From Callorhinchus milii (Eukaryota): a stretch of 64,000 nt of DNA. Each line of letters begins with the position of its first letter. The first letter of the stretch is position 1. Below are positions 36,701 through 50,200 of this stretch, piece after piece. The stretch lies in contig NW_024704751.1 of assembly GCF_018977255.1 (NCBI RefSeq), positions 14,818,001 to 14,882,000 of the forward strand. The letters run 5' to 3'. The notes beneath the pieces are model-generated. The model saw only the letters and a list, made by a program, of their open reading frames with translations, searched no databases and was not told the origin of the DNA. The position numbers and the translations under genes were made by a program.

Positions 36701-38955
36701 ACATCCTACCCCACAATTGGACGCTGAGAGGCTTTATTCAAGTGCAACCATGCCTTTTATTATCCATGTTGTTATTAATATTGTCTAGATCTGAGTAGCT
36801 CTGCCCCGTGTTGTTGCTGCGGCAGTTTAAGGTAAACAACTCGATGCTGTGAGAAACAGCCCAAGGAGTTTTTACGAATCGCAATATTCTTGATGCGATT
36901 TGTCAAGGACCAGCAGGGTTAGGAAAGCGAGCGATTCACTCATCACATCCAATGCCGCGATTCAGGATGTCAGAAAACAATGAGAGCAAATTGATATTTT
37001 TTTAATGTTAAAAAAAAGTTCCTGCAAAAACTAAGGCCGGTGAGAAGCATTACATGATATTCCAAATGTGTTCAGTACTCCCTCCTAGAGTAATATTTCA
37101 CTTTGAGAACTGAAAAAATGCCGACAGGATAACACTAAGCAACTGCGATCATTTTTTTACATGCTCGTTACTCTACTTAGCTATTGCTGTGGAAAATCGC
37201 TTGGATAAATAAATAAACTTTGCATCTGACATAGCGCCATGAACTGTCTCAAAGCACTTTGCAGGTTTTCACTGTAAAGTGACTGTCACTGTTATTTTGG
37301 AGGCGAACGCAGCAGCCAATTTCCACACGTCGATGTCCCACAAACAGCTGTGAAGTGAATGATCAATTTATCTGATAAGATGTCGGCCAGGACACCGGGA
37401 GAGACTCTCTTTCATCCTTTTCCTGTCGGGAATATCACCAAAGCCCGTATATAGCATACAGTTTGCGTTCGTTCAAACTGGTTTCCAGCTTGGATTAATG
37501 CTCACGCTTTTTTAAAAATGTTTAATTGATATCATTTTGATGCTGACTTCCTCTTGCAAACCTCATCAGGCTACAGACTCAGACGTGCCAAAGTGCCTGA
37601 CCACAGTCTAACCACTCAGTTTAAAGTTAAAGGTAAACGCATACAGTGCCACAAATAAATCATCACTGTTTCTTTTTTTTGAATAGTCCTCAAGCATCTG
37701 ATAAAGCTCTACTTTTGAACATGAGATGCTGGGTATAAATGCTGTGCTCTGTCCAGAGCCTTGGGACATCCTCCAAATGTAATCTTCTCGTTGCTGTTGT
37801 TGGGTGTTATTACTATTTTATACAAAACATTACACATCCCCACACAAACACACTCGGGACCATCATTATCACAGCCACTGGTTGACCGGAAAGTGACACT
37901 CGAGGAGCCTGTGAAAAAAAAAACCCGCCACCGAGAGACACTATTCTCAACACAGTCCAATTTATGCTGATACAGCCAACGCCTTTCACATCGCCCCAAA
38001 AAAGGCGCTTGACGATTCTGACTGGGCACTGCAGCTTCAGGAAAGAAGGGGAGAGAATTAAGGGGGGGAATAAAACAGTTGTTTCAATGTGTAACAACAT
38101 CCATTCAAAACTTGGTATTTGTCTGCATTAAGAAAGGGATGGACTGTGTCTTGCCCCAAATTTGACCATTGGGTGTACGGTAAACTCCTGATACCTCGAC
38201 CTTGGCTTAACCTGTTGCTACCTTTTAAGTCATTGAGCTGTTAACATCCCTGTCACGGTAATTTATGTATTCATAAGCCTAACTTGTTACTCTGAATAAT
38301 TTGTCACTGGAGTTTCCCATAGAGTAATGACTTAACAGTTTACTGTATGAGGGATTGGCGAGGGATTGAATCGAAAAATCTTGGTATGACAATTTTCCTA
38401 AGAACAGAGCACCTCACCCTCTCTCTCTCTCACACACACCACACACGTACATAAACTATAGCAACACACAGCTGCCCAAAGTGCAACTGATGCTGAGAAT
38501 AACTTCGAGTTGAGATTCCAGTAACGAAGAGGCTTTTGAATCTTCACCAGCGATATATTTTTTTAAGCATTTTTTTAAAAATTATTTTATTTAAACCACC
38601 CACCAAAAATTTGTCTTGGGCCATTTATCGGAATTAGACCCTTAATAAAACGCTTAAGAGTTCAATGAAAACACTGAGCGTCAACTGAATTTCACACCGT
38701 TAAGAAACTTGTGTCTTTCGGAATTAATTTTAAAAAAGTACATCAAACAACATGCCACAGGGATGCAGAACTGGACTTTATTTTTAAAAAATCAAGTGGC
38801 GTTAATGTATTATATAATGATAATTAATGTACTATTTAAGTTGTAAATTTATTCTTACCGGCTGGGACTTGTGGACTTGGTTTGGTTTTTGGTACTCCAT
38901 GAACTTCACAGAGGATTAAGGCAGAGAGAAGCAATCCATTCAAAAGTCCCTTCAT
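27655..38955 (-). CDS. MATN1: Matrilin-1 (cartilage matrix protein): signal peptide, vWA1, EGF, vWA2, coiled coil; 495 aa
   Basis: Exons 38859-38955, 35786-36129, 31568-31790, 30700-30822, 29548-29952, 28633-28782, 28442-28534 and 27655-27707 total 1488 nt in frame. A single EGF between two vWA domains ([21 protein letters not shown]) distinguishes MATN1 from MATN2/3/4. Confidence 0.95.
27708..28441 (-). other. MATN1: U12-type (minor spliceosome) AT-AC intron, MATN1 intron 7
   Basis: Donor ATATCCTT at 28441-28434, branch site TCCTTAAC at 27726-27719, acceptor AC at 27709-27708; the reading frame is preserved across these boundaries. Confidence 0.95.
27960..28282 (+). mobile_element. L2/CR1-like LINE 3' fragment
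   Basis: Degraded ORF2 end ([17 protein letters not shown]......F.SRLKTFLF) with AAGTTGTTG tail; related pieces at about 20350-20640(-), 28850-29220, 29340-29540, 30930-31380(-) and 59270-59570. Confidence 0.75.
28442..28534 (-). CDS. MATN1: MATN1 exon 7 (CxC plus coiled coil)
   Basis: [30 protein letters not shown] followed by the ATATCCTT U12 donor. Confidence 0.92.
28633..28782 (-). CDS. MATN1: MATN1 exon 6 (vWA2)
   Basis: [50 protein letters not shown]. Confidence 0.93.
29548..29952 (-). CDS. MATN1: MATN1 exon 5 (vWA2)
   Basis: [27 protein letters not shown]...[21 protein letters not shown]. Confidence 0.93.
30700..30822 (-). CDS. MATN1: MATN1 exon 4 (EGF)
   Basis: [38 protein letters not shown]. 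Confidence 0.94.
31568..31790 (-). CDS. MATN1: MATN1 exon 3 (vWA1)
   Basis: [12 protein letters not shown]...FAIGVG...KKFQEAFC. Confidence 0.94.
31893..32070 (-). mobile_element. 5'-truncated SINE/LINE 3' fragment (representative)
   Basis: (AAT)n-CCTTGCATTTGATATAG...GAGACGTCTCAAAGCGCTTCACAG tail; similar tails at about 1785-1890, 8900-8975, 16294-16365, 26712-26810, 29235-29310, 31385-31490, 36230-36450, 41866-41985 and 54580-54700. Confidence 0.85.
32938..33267 (+). mobile_element. Full-length tRNA(Ala)-headed SINE with Deu-like core and (TTA)n tail
   Basis: A-box TAGCTCAGTGG, anticodon arm CTCGC-TTTGCAA-GCGAG, B-box GTTCAATTCC; near-identical copies at 51845-52174 and 54925-55225. Confidence 0.93.
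35786..36129 (-). CDS. MATN1: MATN1 exon 2 (vWA1)
   Basis: [28 protein letters not shown]...TMTGLAI...SEVSK. Confidence 0.94.
38859..38955 (-). CDS. MATN1: MATN1 exon 1 (signal peptide)
   Basis: [32 protein letters not shown], phase-1 GTAAGA donor. Confidence 0.85.
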
Positions 38956-41900
38956 CCTGATCGGCGAGGAGTTGTAGTATCGTAAGCTGCAGGCAGACTA
39001 AAGTGTGGCAGAGAGAACGAGAGGGTCTAACGTATAACATGCCATCCCTCAGGGAGGCTGGAATGTAGTCTGGCACGTGTGAAATACCTGGAGGAGTCCT
39101 GGAAAAGCTTTGAAGCCTAACACTGAAGAAACTATTCCCCAGACGACCGTGAATGCATTTGAAGGGAAACAAATGAATATGCTGTTAATTTGCGGAGTGA
39201 ATGATATAAAATGGAACAATACAAACACTTGAAATTGAGTAGGACCAAAGCAAACAAACAAGTAAACAGGTAAACCTGGAAAACCCACCCACCAACCCAC
39301 AGGAAATCAATTGGTAAAGGGGTGGGTGAGTCAAGAGCTAGTGAGAGGAAAATACTATAATAACATTAGGGAAGCAACAAGTAGGACATTTTCTAAAGAA
39401 AGTAGTGTCCTATTTTTGTACTGCACACCCAACCAGGTTTATAGTTATCAACTTGTTTTAATTGGCGTAAAGGTTTACTTTGGAAGAAGTTTAATAAGTA
39501 CTTTTGGGTTGCGCATAAAAGTTTTTTTTCTTTTGGTGCTACATCTTGAACTTTGATCTGTTTTCTACCATCAATGTATTGTTTTCTTATCGGTATTCTC
39601 AGTATCAAGATTCCAGGTTCCCCTGGACTTTGCTGCACCTGGTTAACAATCTATTAAAGTGTTTCATCAGGAGAGTTCTACAGCACCAACTGGCTTGGGT
39701 TTGCAATGGACTTTTATTAAATACTTTGGAAACAAATATACTCGCTATCTGTCTCATACGCCATAGGTAGGAGTTTATTATCTAGTTATATACACTGACC
39801 ACCCACATTATTTACTTTGTGAAGTTCCTTTACCCACTTATATTGAATTGAATCCACTCAGATGCCTTTGCCGGTAAACCATCAAGCCTTAGACAACAAA
39901 AGATACATATCCTTTAACCTTTAGTAACTTAAACCCCCCCCAACCATCTCCTGTGAAGGTTCCTATCTGCTCTATCTGTGGGTTGGTGCCCTGTTTTTAG
40001 GCAATGGCTCTCAAATTACCTTTCAATATTGCAGTGCATAATTTAATTCATTTCTTAAGGGGAGTTTTGGCACCGTCTTAACCAGTGAAGGTTAATGCTG
40101 AATTTGTCCTCACAAGTGCTTGCATTCCAAATTTTTACTTAGGGTAAAAAAAAATCCCTCCCCAATTACTACTAAATTTTGGCGGTGAAGGGAATTCAAA
40201 CGATGGAAGAATGCTAGGATTTGTTCTGACTGATTCCGAACACTAGGTTTATACAGTAGATTAAACGAATAGCCGGGAAGTGTCTTGCGAACAGCGACAC
40301 GAGCTGAAGGAACTTGGGGCTACTCTGAAAGGCCTCTTTTCTGGTTTTGTTTATACAACGCATTTTTCTCTGCAAGGGTTCTTGTTCCTTTATTGCAAAC
40401 TTAACCACTAAAATAACTATTGCTTCCTCCCACCCTCAGCCAAATTTAACTGACAGACTTTTTCTTGAAAATAACCCCTGCAGCAACAGTAGTTCTGTGT
40501 TGGATCACACAATGCAATGTCTGGTTGCAGATAAAACTTTACGTTTTTGCCAAATGTTCAGTAAATTGCCGTTTGCTTTGAGGAATCTTGAGTTTCTTTA
40601 ACTCTAAAACGGACGATTCCTTAAACCTGGTTGGGTGCAACTTCAGCAAAAACCCCATGAAATTTCACACAGCTCAGGGGCAGACAAACAGTTGCTTATA
40701 TCTAAAGTTGTGGGAAAGCTACACCACCACTGATTAAGTCAGGAACAAACTCGGACTCGGTAAATATTTATGTATACCAATACCTTGCCAGGAATTCCGC
40801 TCACAACAGATCTCCATCTATGTGGATGCAAGATATGTATAACGTTTTCTTAAGTACAACTATGCTGTGGCGTACTTTAAGCTCTCAAAGAAAAGGCAGA
40901 TTGTTGAAGTTCTCAATCTTTGCTTGGAATATGTGCCAGCGATAAATTGCAGCACCTGAACACGACTGAACCGTTCTGTTAATTGCAAATTCTGGACTAT
41001 GAAGCAGTTTATTTCACTAACTGCCCAGTAAAAAAACTACCATTTGCCTTGCTTAAACAAAAATCAACTGGATATTTTCAATTTCAAAGCTACATTTTCC
41101 ACTGGCAGGCAAGATTTTTTTTGTTTGCAAAAGGAAAATAATTCTCATTAATTGTGAAACGAGACCTCTTATAGGCAACACGCTCTCCTACTCTAAACTG
41201 TTTTTATTTTCATTTCTTTTCTGATCTCTGACCAGGCATATGCTTTATTTTAAATTCCCATTCTATTTGGGTCGAACAGCTATTGAGTGGCTATTAACCG
41301 ATCCATCCTCACAATTCTTGGAGGTGCCTTCCTTTGGATGAGATGTTAATCTGAGGCCACCTCTGCCAGTTCAGGTGGACGTTAAAAGAACCCGTGGCAC
41401 TATTCAAAAGGAAAAGGTAAGTTTCTTCCAGTGTCCTGGCCACCAATCCTCCAGATAAATGGTCTTTCACCTTCTGGCTGTTTGTGGGACATCCCTGTAC
41501 AAAGATTGACTACGGTGTTCACCTATAGCAGTCACTGCACTTAGCAGTTTTTACTATTAAGTGCTGTAAGATGCTTTGACATGAAAAGCTGCGATATCAA
41601 ATGCAAGGATATTATAAGAGAAATGTACAGGGCCAGAAAAGTCTAGAACCAGGCCGGTCTATCTGGTTGAAGAAAACAAAATATCTCACTATATTTCTTT
41701 ACCCTTCAATTAATGTTTGCCAAATAGCTCTCTGATTCCCGATACATAAGAAATGTTGGAGAAAAAGACCAAGGTCCATCTAGTTCGCCTTCACCTTTCT
41801 TCGCATGCACATATGTCCCAATGTACCTACATCCATATCCCATGTTATTTCCTAAAACTATCCAATATAATAATCCTTGCATTTGATACAGCACTTTTCA

Positions 41901-44141
41901 CGTCTTCTAGAGGTCTCAAAGCGCTTCACAGAATATACTGTAAAGTGAATTGACTGTATATATTTGTGGGCGAATCTGTGCAATTTGTGTTTGAAGGAAT
42001 CAACACTTCCTGCTTTAACCGTCTCCCTAGGGAGCCTGTTCAACAGCTGAAATAGTGTTTCCGTAGATTTGTTCTGAATTTAGCCCCTTTCAATCGCAGG
42101 CTGTATCCTCTGGTTTTACTTCAATGTGACGACACGTGTCTTGAGTGGCAATCTGTACAACGCTCACTTATCTCCGCTGCTAATCAACAGAACTCCAAAG
42201 AAAGTTTCAAAATAAATGGAGAAAAACAACATTTCTTTCAAAAATAATCGTATAGCCACTTTATTTGCGAAAATAACATTGCCATTTCACATAAGCAGTC
42301 AGGTAAGATGCGCGAATTGAAGATAATTACCAACTTCTCAAAATGTGAATCGCTATATTTGCTACAATTCAGCTATTTAAAGTACCACAGATTTTAAAAT
42401 ATGCAAATCTTTAAAATGCAAGGCCAGATTCTATGCAGTTAAAACTCAAATTTGTGCATACACTTGAATGCTGAAGAGATGCTGGAAGCCATATGCATTC
42501 CAACCCTAAATCTTATTTCTAGCAAATTGCAGATTTTAAGCAATATTTTAGCATTTTGATCGTCTAATGAACCCAACTGCTTAACATCAGGCACAGTGCA
42601 AAGATGCAGTGTTACAGACACACAAAAAAACTATCAGAAGGCTGTTAATCAAACTAACACGCTTAATAGAAATGAGCAACATGGGATGGTGCATTTCAAG
42701 CCACTTGGCAAATTTGAAGCGGTTTCATTGCGTTCTTAAAAAATGGATTTGAAAGAGAGGAAAGGGAATCTTTACCATAAGAGCACTGCCAGAAATAGAT
42801 TTGAATCAATACTTGGTTGTTTGAAACATTCATTTGGGATTACACTTGACAAATCATCCAGAAAACAGCCCATATCTTGCTAATCTGTAGTTTTCATAAG
42901 TAAAGTTGAATGTTAGCCCATTCTTCATTTTATCTCTTTAAGACAAGCCATGAATACGAATGATTTGCACGCTTTCGTTCTGGCTCTCTTTTCTCTGGGC
43001 TATTTGAATTTGTTGACTACAATGATAAAGAGAACTACTTCTCGCAGGTTCGTAAAAGGGTTTTGTCTTGTTGATTCTCAATTGGAAAACCGATTATCCA
43101 TAAGGTTATCAGGATTGAATTTGGAGGAATTTGTACCTGGTATTTTACAAGAATGAATTTGGATTAAAATCTTCTCAAGTCTAAAACATGGAGAATTAAA
43201 GTTTTTACTGATAACTTTCTGGCTGTCACAGACAACTGCAAAGAGTCTACTGATCAAACCAATTTATTTTGGACTGACAGTCGATTAGTAGAAGATAATT
43301 AAGTTGCAGTGCCCCACAATATTTAAGTTATGATTCAAATCTATTTAGTCAGTGCTCACAGCATTTATTTTTCCGCACTGATATTTGAAGTTAAACACAT
43401 TCACTTATTAATTGCTGAATTCATTTGTAAACACATACCCTGTCAACTGACATCCAGAAATGTGCATCAAAGTAATATCAGGTGACACTGGAGTCAATGT
43501 GTTCTTTTATGCGGATGAAGATATTAAAGTTAAAATATCAGATCATAAAAAAATGCAATGGGATTAAGCTTTTATCTCTTATGCAGAGAGTTTAAATGAA
43601 GAAAACATGTCTATTTGAAATCAGTTCTTGAAGAAATAGCTGTTTGAGTTGTGTACCAACCTACACATTTCATCTTCTATCAGTTAAACAATAAATCGCT
43701 AATCTGAGTGCAACACATCTAAAAAGATTCAGCAACAGATGCCTATGTGCTGATGCTAAAATATATTGCGGTCTGCACAAATATCAGGAATGTTAAAAAA
43801 AAAGTGACAAAGTTTGGCTCAAATAGTTAAAAGGAGAGTTATTTAGGAGGTAGTATCAGATAATCTAGAAGAATAAACTGTGGGTCGTATCTAAACTGGA
43901 AGGTTTCAAGGTCACAATTTCGATTTTAAATGACCAATACAAAATAAATGTCAATTCTCTCGTTCAAAAATAAGAAATTACACTGGTTCAGAACTTTTGT
44001 GTCAAGGGATGTCTCAGAAAACAGTCAGAAAATGTAATACTGTTTCTAAACTGGGAGGCACATTACATGGTACAATAACGTTGCATACCAGCATTTTGAT
44101 AGTTACAGCTTTATGCAAATAGTCACTAAGTGGCAGCTGAG

Positions 44142-44258
44142 CTACATTGCTCTGTAAGCCGGGGGAGGCTCGTAAAATAGGAATTCCTTTGGTGGCATCT
44201 TTACAATTTCATCATATGGTGGCATCTTCCCAATGTCTTCATAGGCCGGTGGGTTGTT
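44142..44258 (-). CDS. LAPTM5: LAPTM exon 7 (PY-motif tail)
   Basis: NNPPAYEDIGKMPPYDEIVKMPPKEFLFYEPPPAYRAM-TAG. Confidence 0.87.
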   Translation of the reverse strand, partial: NNPPAYEDIGKMPPYDEIVKMPPKEFLFYEPPPAYRAM

Positions 44259-47200
44259 CTGAATCCAAAACAAAACCACATTGTATTATACATTCGTTTC
44301 AAATGAGAGAGTTTTGCAAAGTTTGCATAACAAATGGAAGAAGGAATACACTGCCTTCAGATAAACAGTCTTTATGACTAAACCCAATGCAGTTGTCCAA
44401 ATTACCTTATGACACAAACCAGAAAGGCTCCACCTCATTATTTCTCTCCCTCCCCACGCCCCCCACCCCCACAACTCTGTTGAGGTATGGATCAGTGGCC
44501 AATGGTGGCCCTGGTAAGCTAACGGAGCTTCATCTCCCGTTGTACTTCACAAGTCAAACAACGGGCACAGCAACCAAGGCAGCGGTTTCCTCTTGTCAGC
44601 CTGCAGACGCTGAGGAGACACTGTAGCAGGTCACCAAATGGAGATCAGGGATTAATGCACCTCATCACAAGGATCAAGTTGGCGATGTTCCCGGTTTGTA
44701 TGGCTCAGTACTGTGCCATGTTGCGCACAGACACGCTAAGCTAATTTCGAAGAATAAAAGTAAATGCACTATGGTGCTGAAGCATACAGCTGAGGAAGGA
44801 TTGAAATCTCATCTGATCTCAGTTGCGCAATTAAGACTCAGCAATGAGGTGGGGAAAAAACAAACCACTTTCTTAATTGCTGTTTCCTGACTCTTGGTGG
44901 AAAGCAGGTGCAGGGGAAATTGAAACCCGTGTGATGTGTCTCATGGATTAATGGCAAGCCATTATGCTCACAGTCTAACTTTCACATATAAGCAATCACA
45001 ACTTGCTCAAGGAATTGCAGGTTTGCTAAAACTAAAAAGAACTGCATCCTTGTGCGATTGACTACTTTTAAGCAAAAATCTGTTTAAAAAATTATTCTTA
45101 AGAGCCATGGAAAAGTAGCCTTCATATAGAAGAAGCCTTCAGGTAGATTAAGAGTACACTAACAGTAGTAACAGACTAGTCACATTAACTGTACATTTTC
45201 TGCCCTATGTTCATACATATTAAAGGCAAGATTTATATTCTACAGACATAGATCATTTTTTTAGAACTCTCTATGCTATACTCACTATTTCAAGCACTCT
45301 GAGACGCTACCCTGCGTGAGGGGTATATATTTATTGCAAGTTGTTGTTATTTAACTTTGTCCTCCTAGTTGAAAAACCCAAAAACAAGAATATTTTACAA
45401 ATTCAAGATGGAATCTGACAACTGAGACTGTAAATAAACTGCTCTAATGTCCAACATTCATGAGTTATATCTACATTCTGCAAGTATACATTTTGTCACT
45501 TCCATTGATGTTTGAATTGAAGTCAATGGGTAATTCTCCCTATAGATGAAAGCTTCATCTCTTCTCCCACAACTCTCTTCATTATTCATTCTAACTCTTC
45601 TTCCTACAAGCTAAGTAACTGTACTGTGAGGTGTTTCATTATTTTTCAATCATATACATGTATATGTTAACCGACTTTACGTTTTAACACATGTTTTGTC
45701 ACTAAGGGATAATAAATCTACTCCTGTTTCATTAAGGTGGGATTTAGACTTATCCCTATAATTAAAAGTATTTGCAAACTAGACAATGAAAAACACACAC
45801 AGGTTTATTGGTCTTTTCCTCATGTTTTACAGTGCAAGACCATATGTGAATGTTCAGTACATTGCAAAACCTCAACATAACTTCTGTATTCTGTTCCGGT
45901 GACACACCCAAAGCATTCTAGCACATCAACACTTTATCACACATTTCTATATTAATCCCAGGACTGTTTCTAAGCCTTCCTGTTCTATTTCATTCTTACC
46001 ACCTGCTTTTAATGCCTACACATTCATAATACTTTACATCTTCCCTATTTCTTCTCAATCACACTATTATAATCCCCTTTTTTAAATCCTGTCTCTAGTG
46101 CTCCCTTATTTTATTTAGACAGTTGACACTACAACAGATTACGCTTGCAGCATGGCATCCATGATCTCCCACAATAGAAATTGGGAGTTAATGTAAGATT
46201 ATGTAAATATGCCCTCCTGCTATTCATACTTCACTTTTTATACAAGTGACGTCTTCTAAAATTTTAAGAATGTGAGCAACACTGGAAGCTGCACTCCCGA
46301 ATCAGTTGCCAAGCAAAATTCAAAGAAGACATTGCTGTGGCTTTGTAAACCCATACGAGCCAATGTTGTATGTCGTAATGCTTTATGACTTGCACAAATA
46401 AACTACAATGAATTTTACAAAAAGGAACCATTTACAGAGACTATAAAACATCTCGCACCCCTGCCAGGTCTTTGCGAGCTTTTCAAACACCATTCGGATA
46501 AGTAGCAAATGAAGTGGTCCAAAACCACTGAAATGGTTGCCAACTGAAGCCTTTCTCTGGGTTAGAGATCTTGTTGCTCTAATAACAAAGAACCAACACC
46601 AGAAGGCACTCAAAGTAACACATTTGTAGGAGTTCAAATATACAGAAAACCAATGTGTTCTGCCAATGATATAGGCTCATGTCCACAACCTCCTCATGCT
46701 CAGTTGCAAATCTCAGGCGTCCCAACGCTGGGAGTTGTGGAGCGCATAAATTTCATACGCAGTGAAAGGGGCTGGCAGCACCACAAAAACTATCCATTTA
46801 GCTCCAAATGACAGGCTTGAAATGTGCTAGAGATGACCTGAGAGTAGAATGCTTGCCTTCTGTCATAATACGCCCCAAAAGAAAAATACTTCCTCGTAAT
46901 AACAGAGTGGATTTCATTAATATATCTGGCCTTTTTTTTAACAAATGGCTATTTTTTTCCCCTTCAGCAGCTCAGTTGGACTAGCGCCATGAGTCCGCGA
47001 GGGAACAATAATAAAAGGTGAATATCAAAAAAGTACAATGTAGATTATTTATGCTGTACTGCTAAAAGACAACGGTTAACTTCTGAAACACCTACCACAG
47101 GATACTGGTCCCATTCCAACCTTTTAAAATGCATACACAAACATGCTATCTTGGCATGTTACAAGTTTTGATTGGTATCAATATTATTCTTCCCTGAGCT

Positions 47201-50200
47201 CCTTGTAAGAAACTTTGAGGATGCCCTGTACTAAATATTTTATTTGATGTCTGCATTACCATAGAATTTTTATATTTTTTAAATAAAGCTGTACCCTGGT
47301 GCCCTGGATCTACTGCCCGCATGCATTTTAAAGCAAGTGCTTTGTACATTTTTTTGTAAATAACATCTGGCTAAAACAGAGTATTAAATGGTTATTAAAT
47401 CTCATCCAAAATCTCATTCAAACTAAAAAACCTTATTGTAAGATGCACGGTAACTACTACCCAAATTATGGGAGAAAAGAGACTTGAAATGCTTCCCCTC
47501 CTCCCCAGGCCAATGTCAGAACCTTTACCTCTGAGCGAAACTTCATGACGGCTTGCACAAGGCTGTTCTCCTCTTCCTTTTCCTTAACGTACTTGTAGCA
47601 ATTCCAAACAGATTGGATGAGGAAGATCTGCGGGGCAATCAGAACAAGAGTCCACTTAATTTGATTGAAATGGAATTAATGTTTCATACAAAACAGAAGC
47701 CTCCTGGTTTAAATTTGAGAAAAATAGTTTAAAGTCTTTTGAAGACTTGAGAAATCAAAAAGTCCTGGACTTGACAGTATACTAACATTAATCAGCAGGA
47801 GACACAGCTTTCATCTAACAGCACAACTATAACAAATAACAACAACAACTTATATTTATATAGCACCCTTCACGGCGTGATGATGTCCCAAGTGCTCAAA
47901 AGACTAAATTAGCTAACCATAAAGGTATATTTTATGCTTGTAGTTTTTAAAAAGAAATGAGAACAGAATTTTATCACCTTTACTGCAATATTCCTATCCC
48001 TTACCTTAACACCCAGAACAATTGCATACACAACTGTATACATCAACATGACCTTGATGGAGAGGCTTGATACAACATCATTTTCTGGAAAGTAAAACTT
48101 GGAGAGAGAGAGAGAGTGTAAAAAACATTTACTTTTTCAGACAAATTTACAATTATCTCACAGATGGTGTAAACTGATAACTAATTTTATAGTACAAGTA
48201 ACGATAATGATCCTTGCAATGATAAGTTATTTAAGATTCCATGACAGCCTACGAGAAGGCTCCAAATTGTTTGAACACATTTTATTTCTTAATTAATTAA
48301 TTCTATGATCTTAGAAATAGAAACACGTGATTACAAAGGAACAACATGTGGAAACTTTGCTTCAAACGATTTACTGATCAGGATTTTGTGCTTACCACAT
48401 ATGAAATGTAGTTCTTGGGGTGTGCATAAGAGGGAAGAGGAATGTACAGAGAAAGTACTTCAATGCAATAAACGATAAATTCCACTATCAAGTAGATTAA
48501 GAATGGGGCCATAAGTCTTGGACGATACTAGGAGAGGTGAGAGAAGAGAAAAAAGTAATTAGGAAAACTAAACCCCTTGTGAAATATGCAAATTTAATTT
48601 AGGAAGCTGACAATATTCTAAAATTAAGACATCATTTACAATTTTTCTTTTCCTCGAATTAAGTCTACTAATCTCATTTGAAATCTAATCACTGCACTCT
48701 AACGAGACAAAATTACTCATTAATAGGAAGAATTACAGGTTGATGGAATATATTCAGTACACATCTGATAGAATATTAAAAAAAGCATGCAGATTCTTTG
48801 GACCACCAAAGATTAAAAAAAGTATATTCACCCGCCTCATTATTAAATCCTTGCCCTTCACAATAATCACATAAAGAAAATAATCCTTACCCTGAAAATT
48901 CCATAAATTGTGACTGCACTGATAAAAACCATCAAAAGGTCACAGACGAAATATGACACATCGTCGACTGAAAGAGAAAACATTTTATACAGTATGTGTC
49001 ATATAATGTCATTCACTGCACTCGGTTGTCGCTTTTAGAGAATCTCTTTTACAATGAGCCATTTTATTAAACATTTGTAAGGCGAACATTGACACTCTGA
49101 GCAGGAAGCACAAGAGAGGAAAACTGCAGAAATTAAAAGAATCTCATTTAAAAACAAAATCCATAATGTACTTACATTTCTTGTAGGCGATTTCACCAGT
49201 ATAGGAATCTGGCCAGAACAATTTCACCATTTCAACTACAGCCATTGTAGACCAAGTGATCTGAGAGAACATACAATATTCTGTTAACTATTCTGTGCAC
49301 ATTCATAGAAAATAAATGGTCATTCAGCATTCTCTCATTTTTAAGTTAACTACAAAGTGTAAGAGTCGAGCTGACTAGATTAACTGTAAGCCTCGAGTAT
49401 GTTCATTTTCTGATTGAAGTTTCTTTCTTAAATAATTTCACCATTATTTATCCACGGTCAACCATCCACACCTTCAAGAGTGAGGTTGATAGATTTTTGG
49501 TAGGTCAAGGAATTAAGGAATATGGGGAGAAGAGGGAAATTGGAATTGAAAGGATTAGTTGGGGTAAGGATCAGTCATGATCTAATTAAATAGCGGAACA
49601 GGCTCGAAGGGCTGAATTGCCTCCTCCTGTTCCCATGTTCCTATAATAATAATCCTTACATTTGATATTGTGCCCCATCACGTCATCGAGATATCTCAAG
49701 CGCTTCACAGGATATGTATGCGAAATCTACAACAAGGGTTCCATTTTGCCCTCCAACCCACAAGAGCAAAGTGATCTGTTTCTCGGTCTGTTCCCACTCA
49801 AATTGGTGATCAGGTCTTTTAAAGCAAAGAAACAAAACTCCAAAAATTAACATTTATGCCAAATATTGTTCAGATTCTTCCTACATTGGCCTACGGTTTA
49901 CAGAAAAGCATTGCTTAGTAGAGGAGTATCCTTCACAATCTCTAGAACATCTTAAATCTGTTGATCAAATATACCTAAGGGCAATTACACTTCCATCTAA
50001 ATGCCTGCTTCGAGGAACCAAGCTATGTCATTCCTGGAAGGAGAATGGATGGCCATAACTTAAAAAANTTAAGTTGTAAACAATGTTCACTGAATATGAT
50101 GCAAACAAATTGAAGTGTTCAAACTGATCTGATCCCTTGTGTGTCACTTTATAAATGATACCGAGCTCTTCTTCTCCATAACTATCATTTGCTACTTATT

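Noticed and set aside
47581-47588. TCCTTAAC U12 branch-like motif on the + strand (also ATATCCTTT at 6712)
   Set aside because: Both are antisense to the host genes, have no partner splice site, and are explained by the minus-strand sequence.
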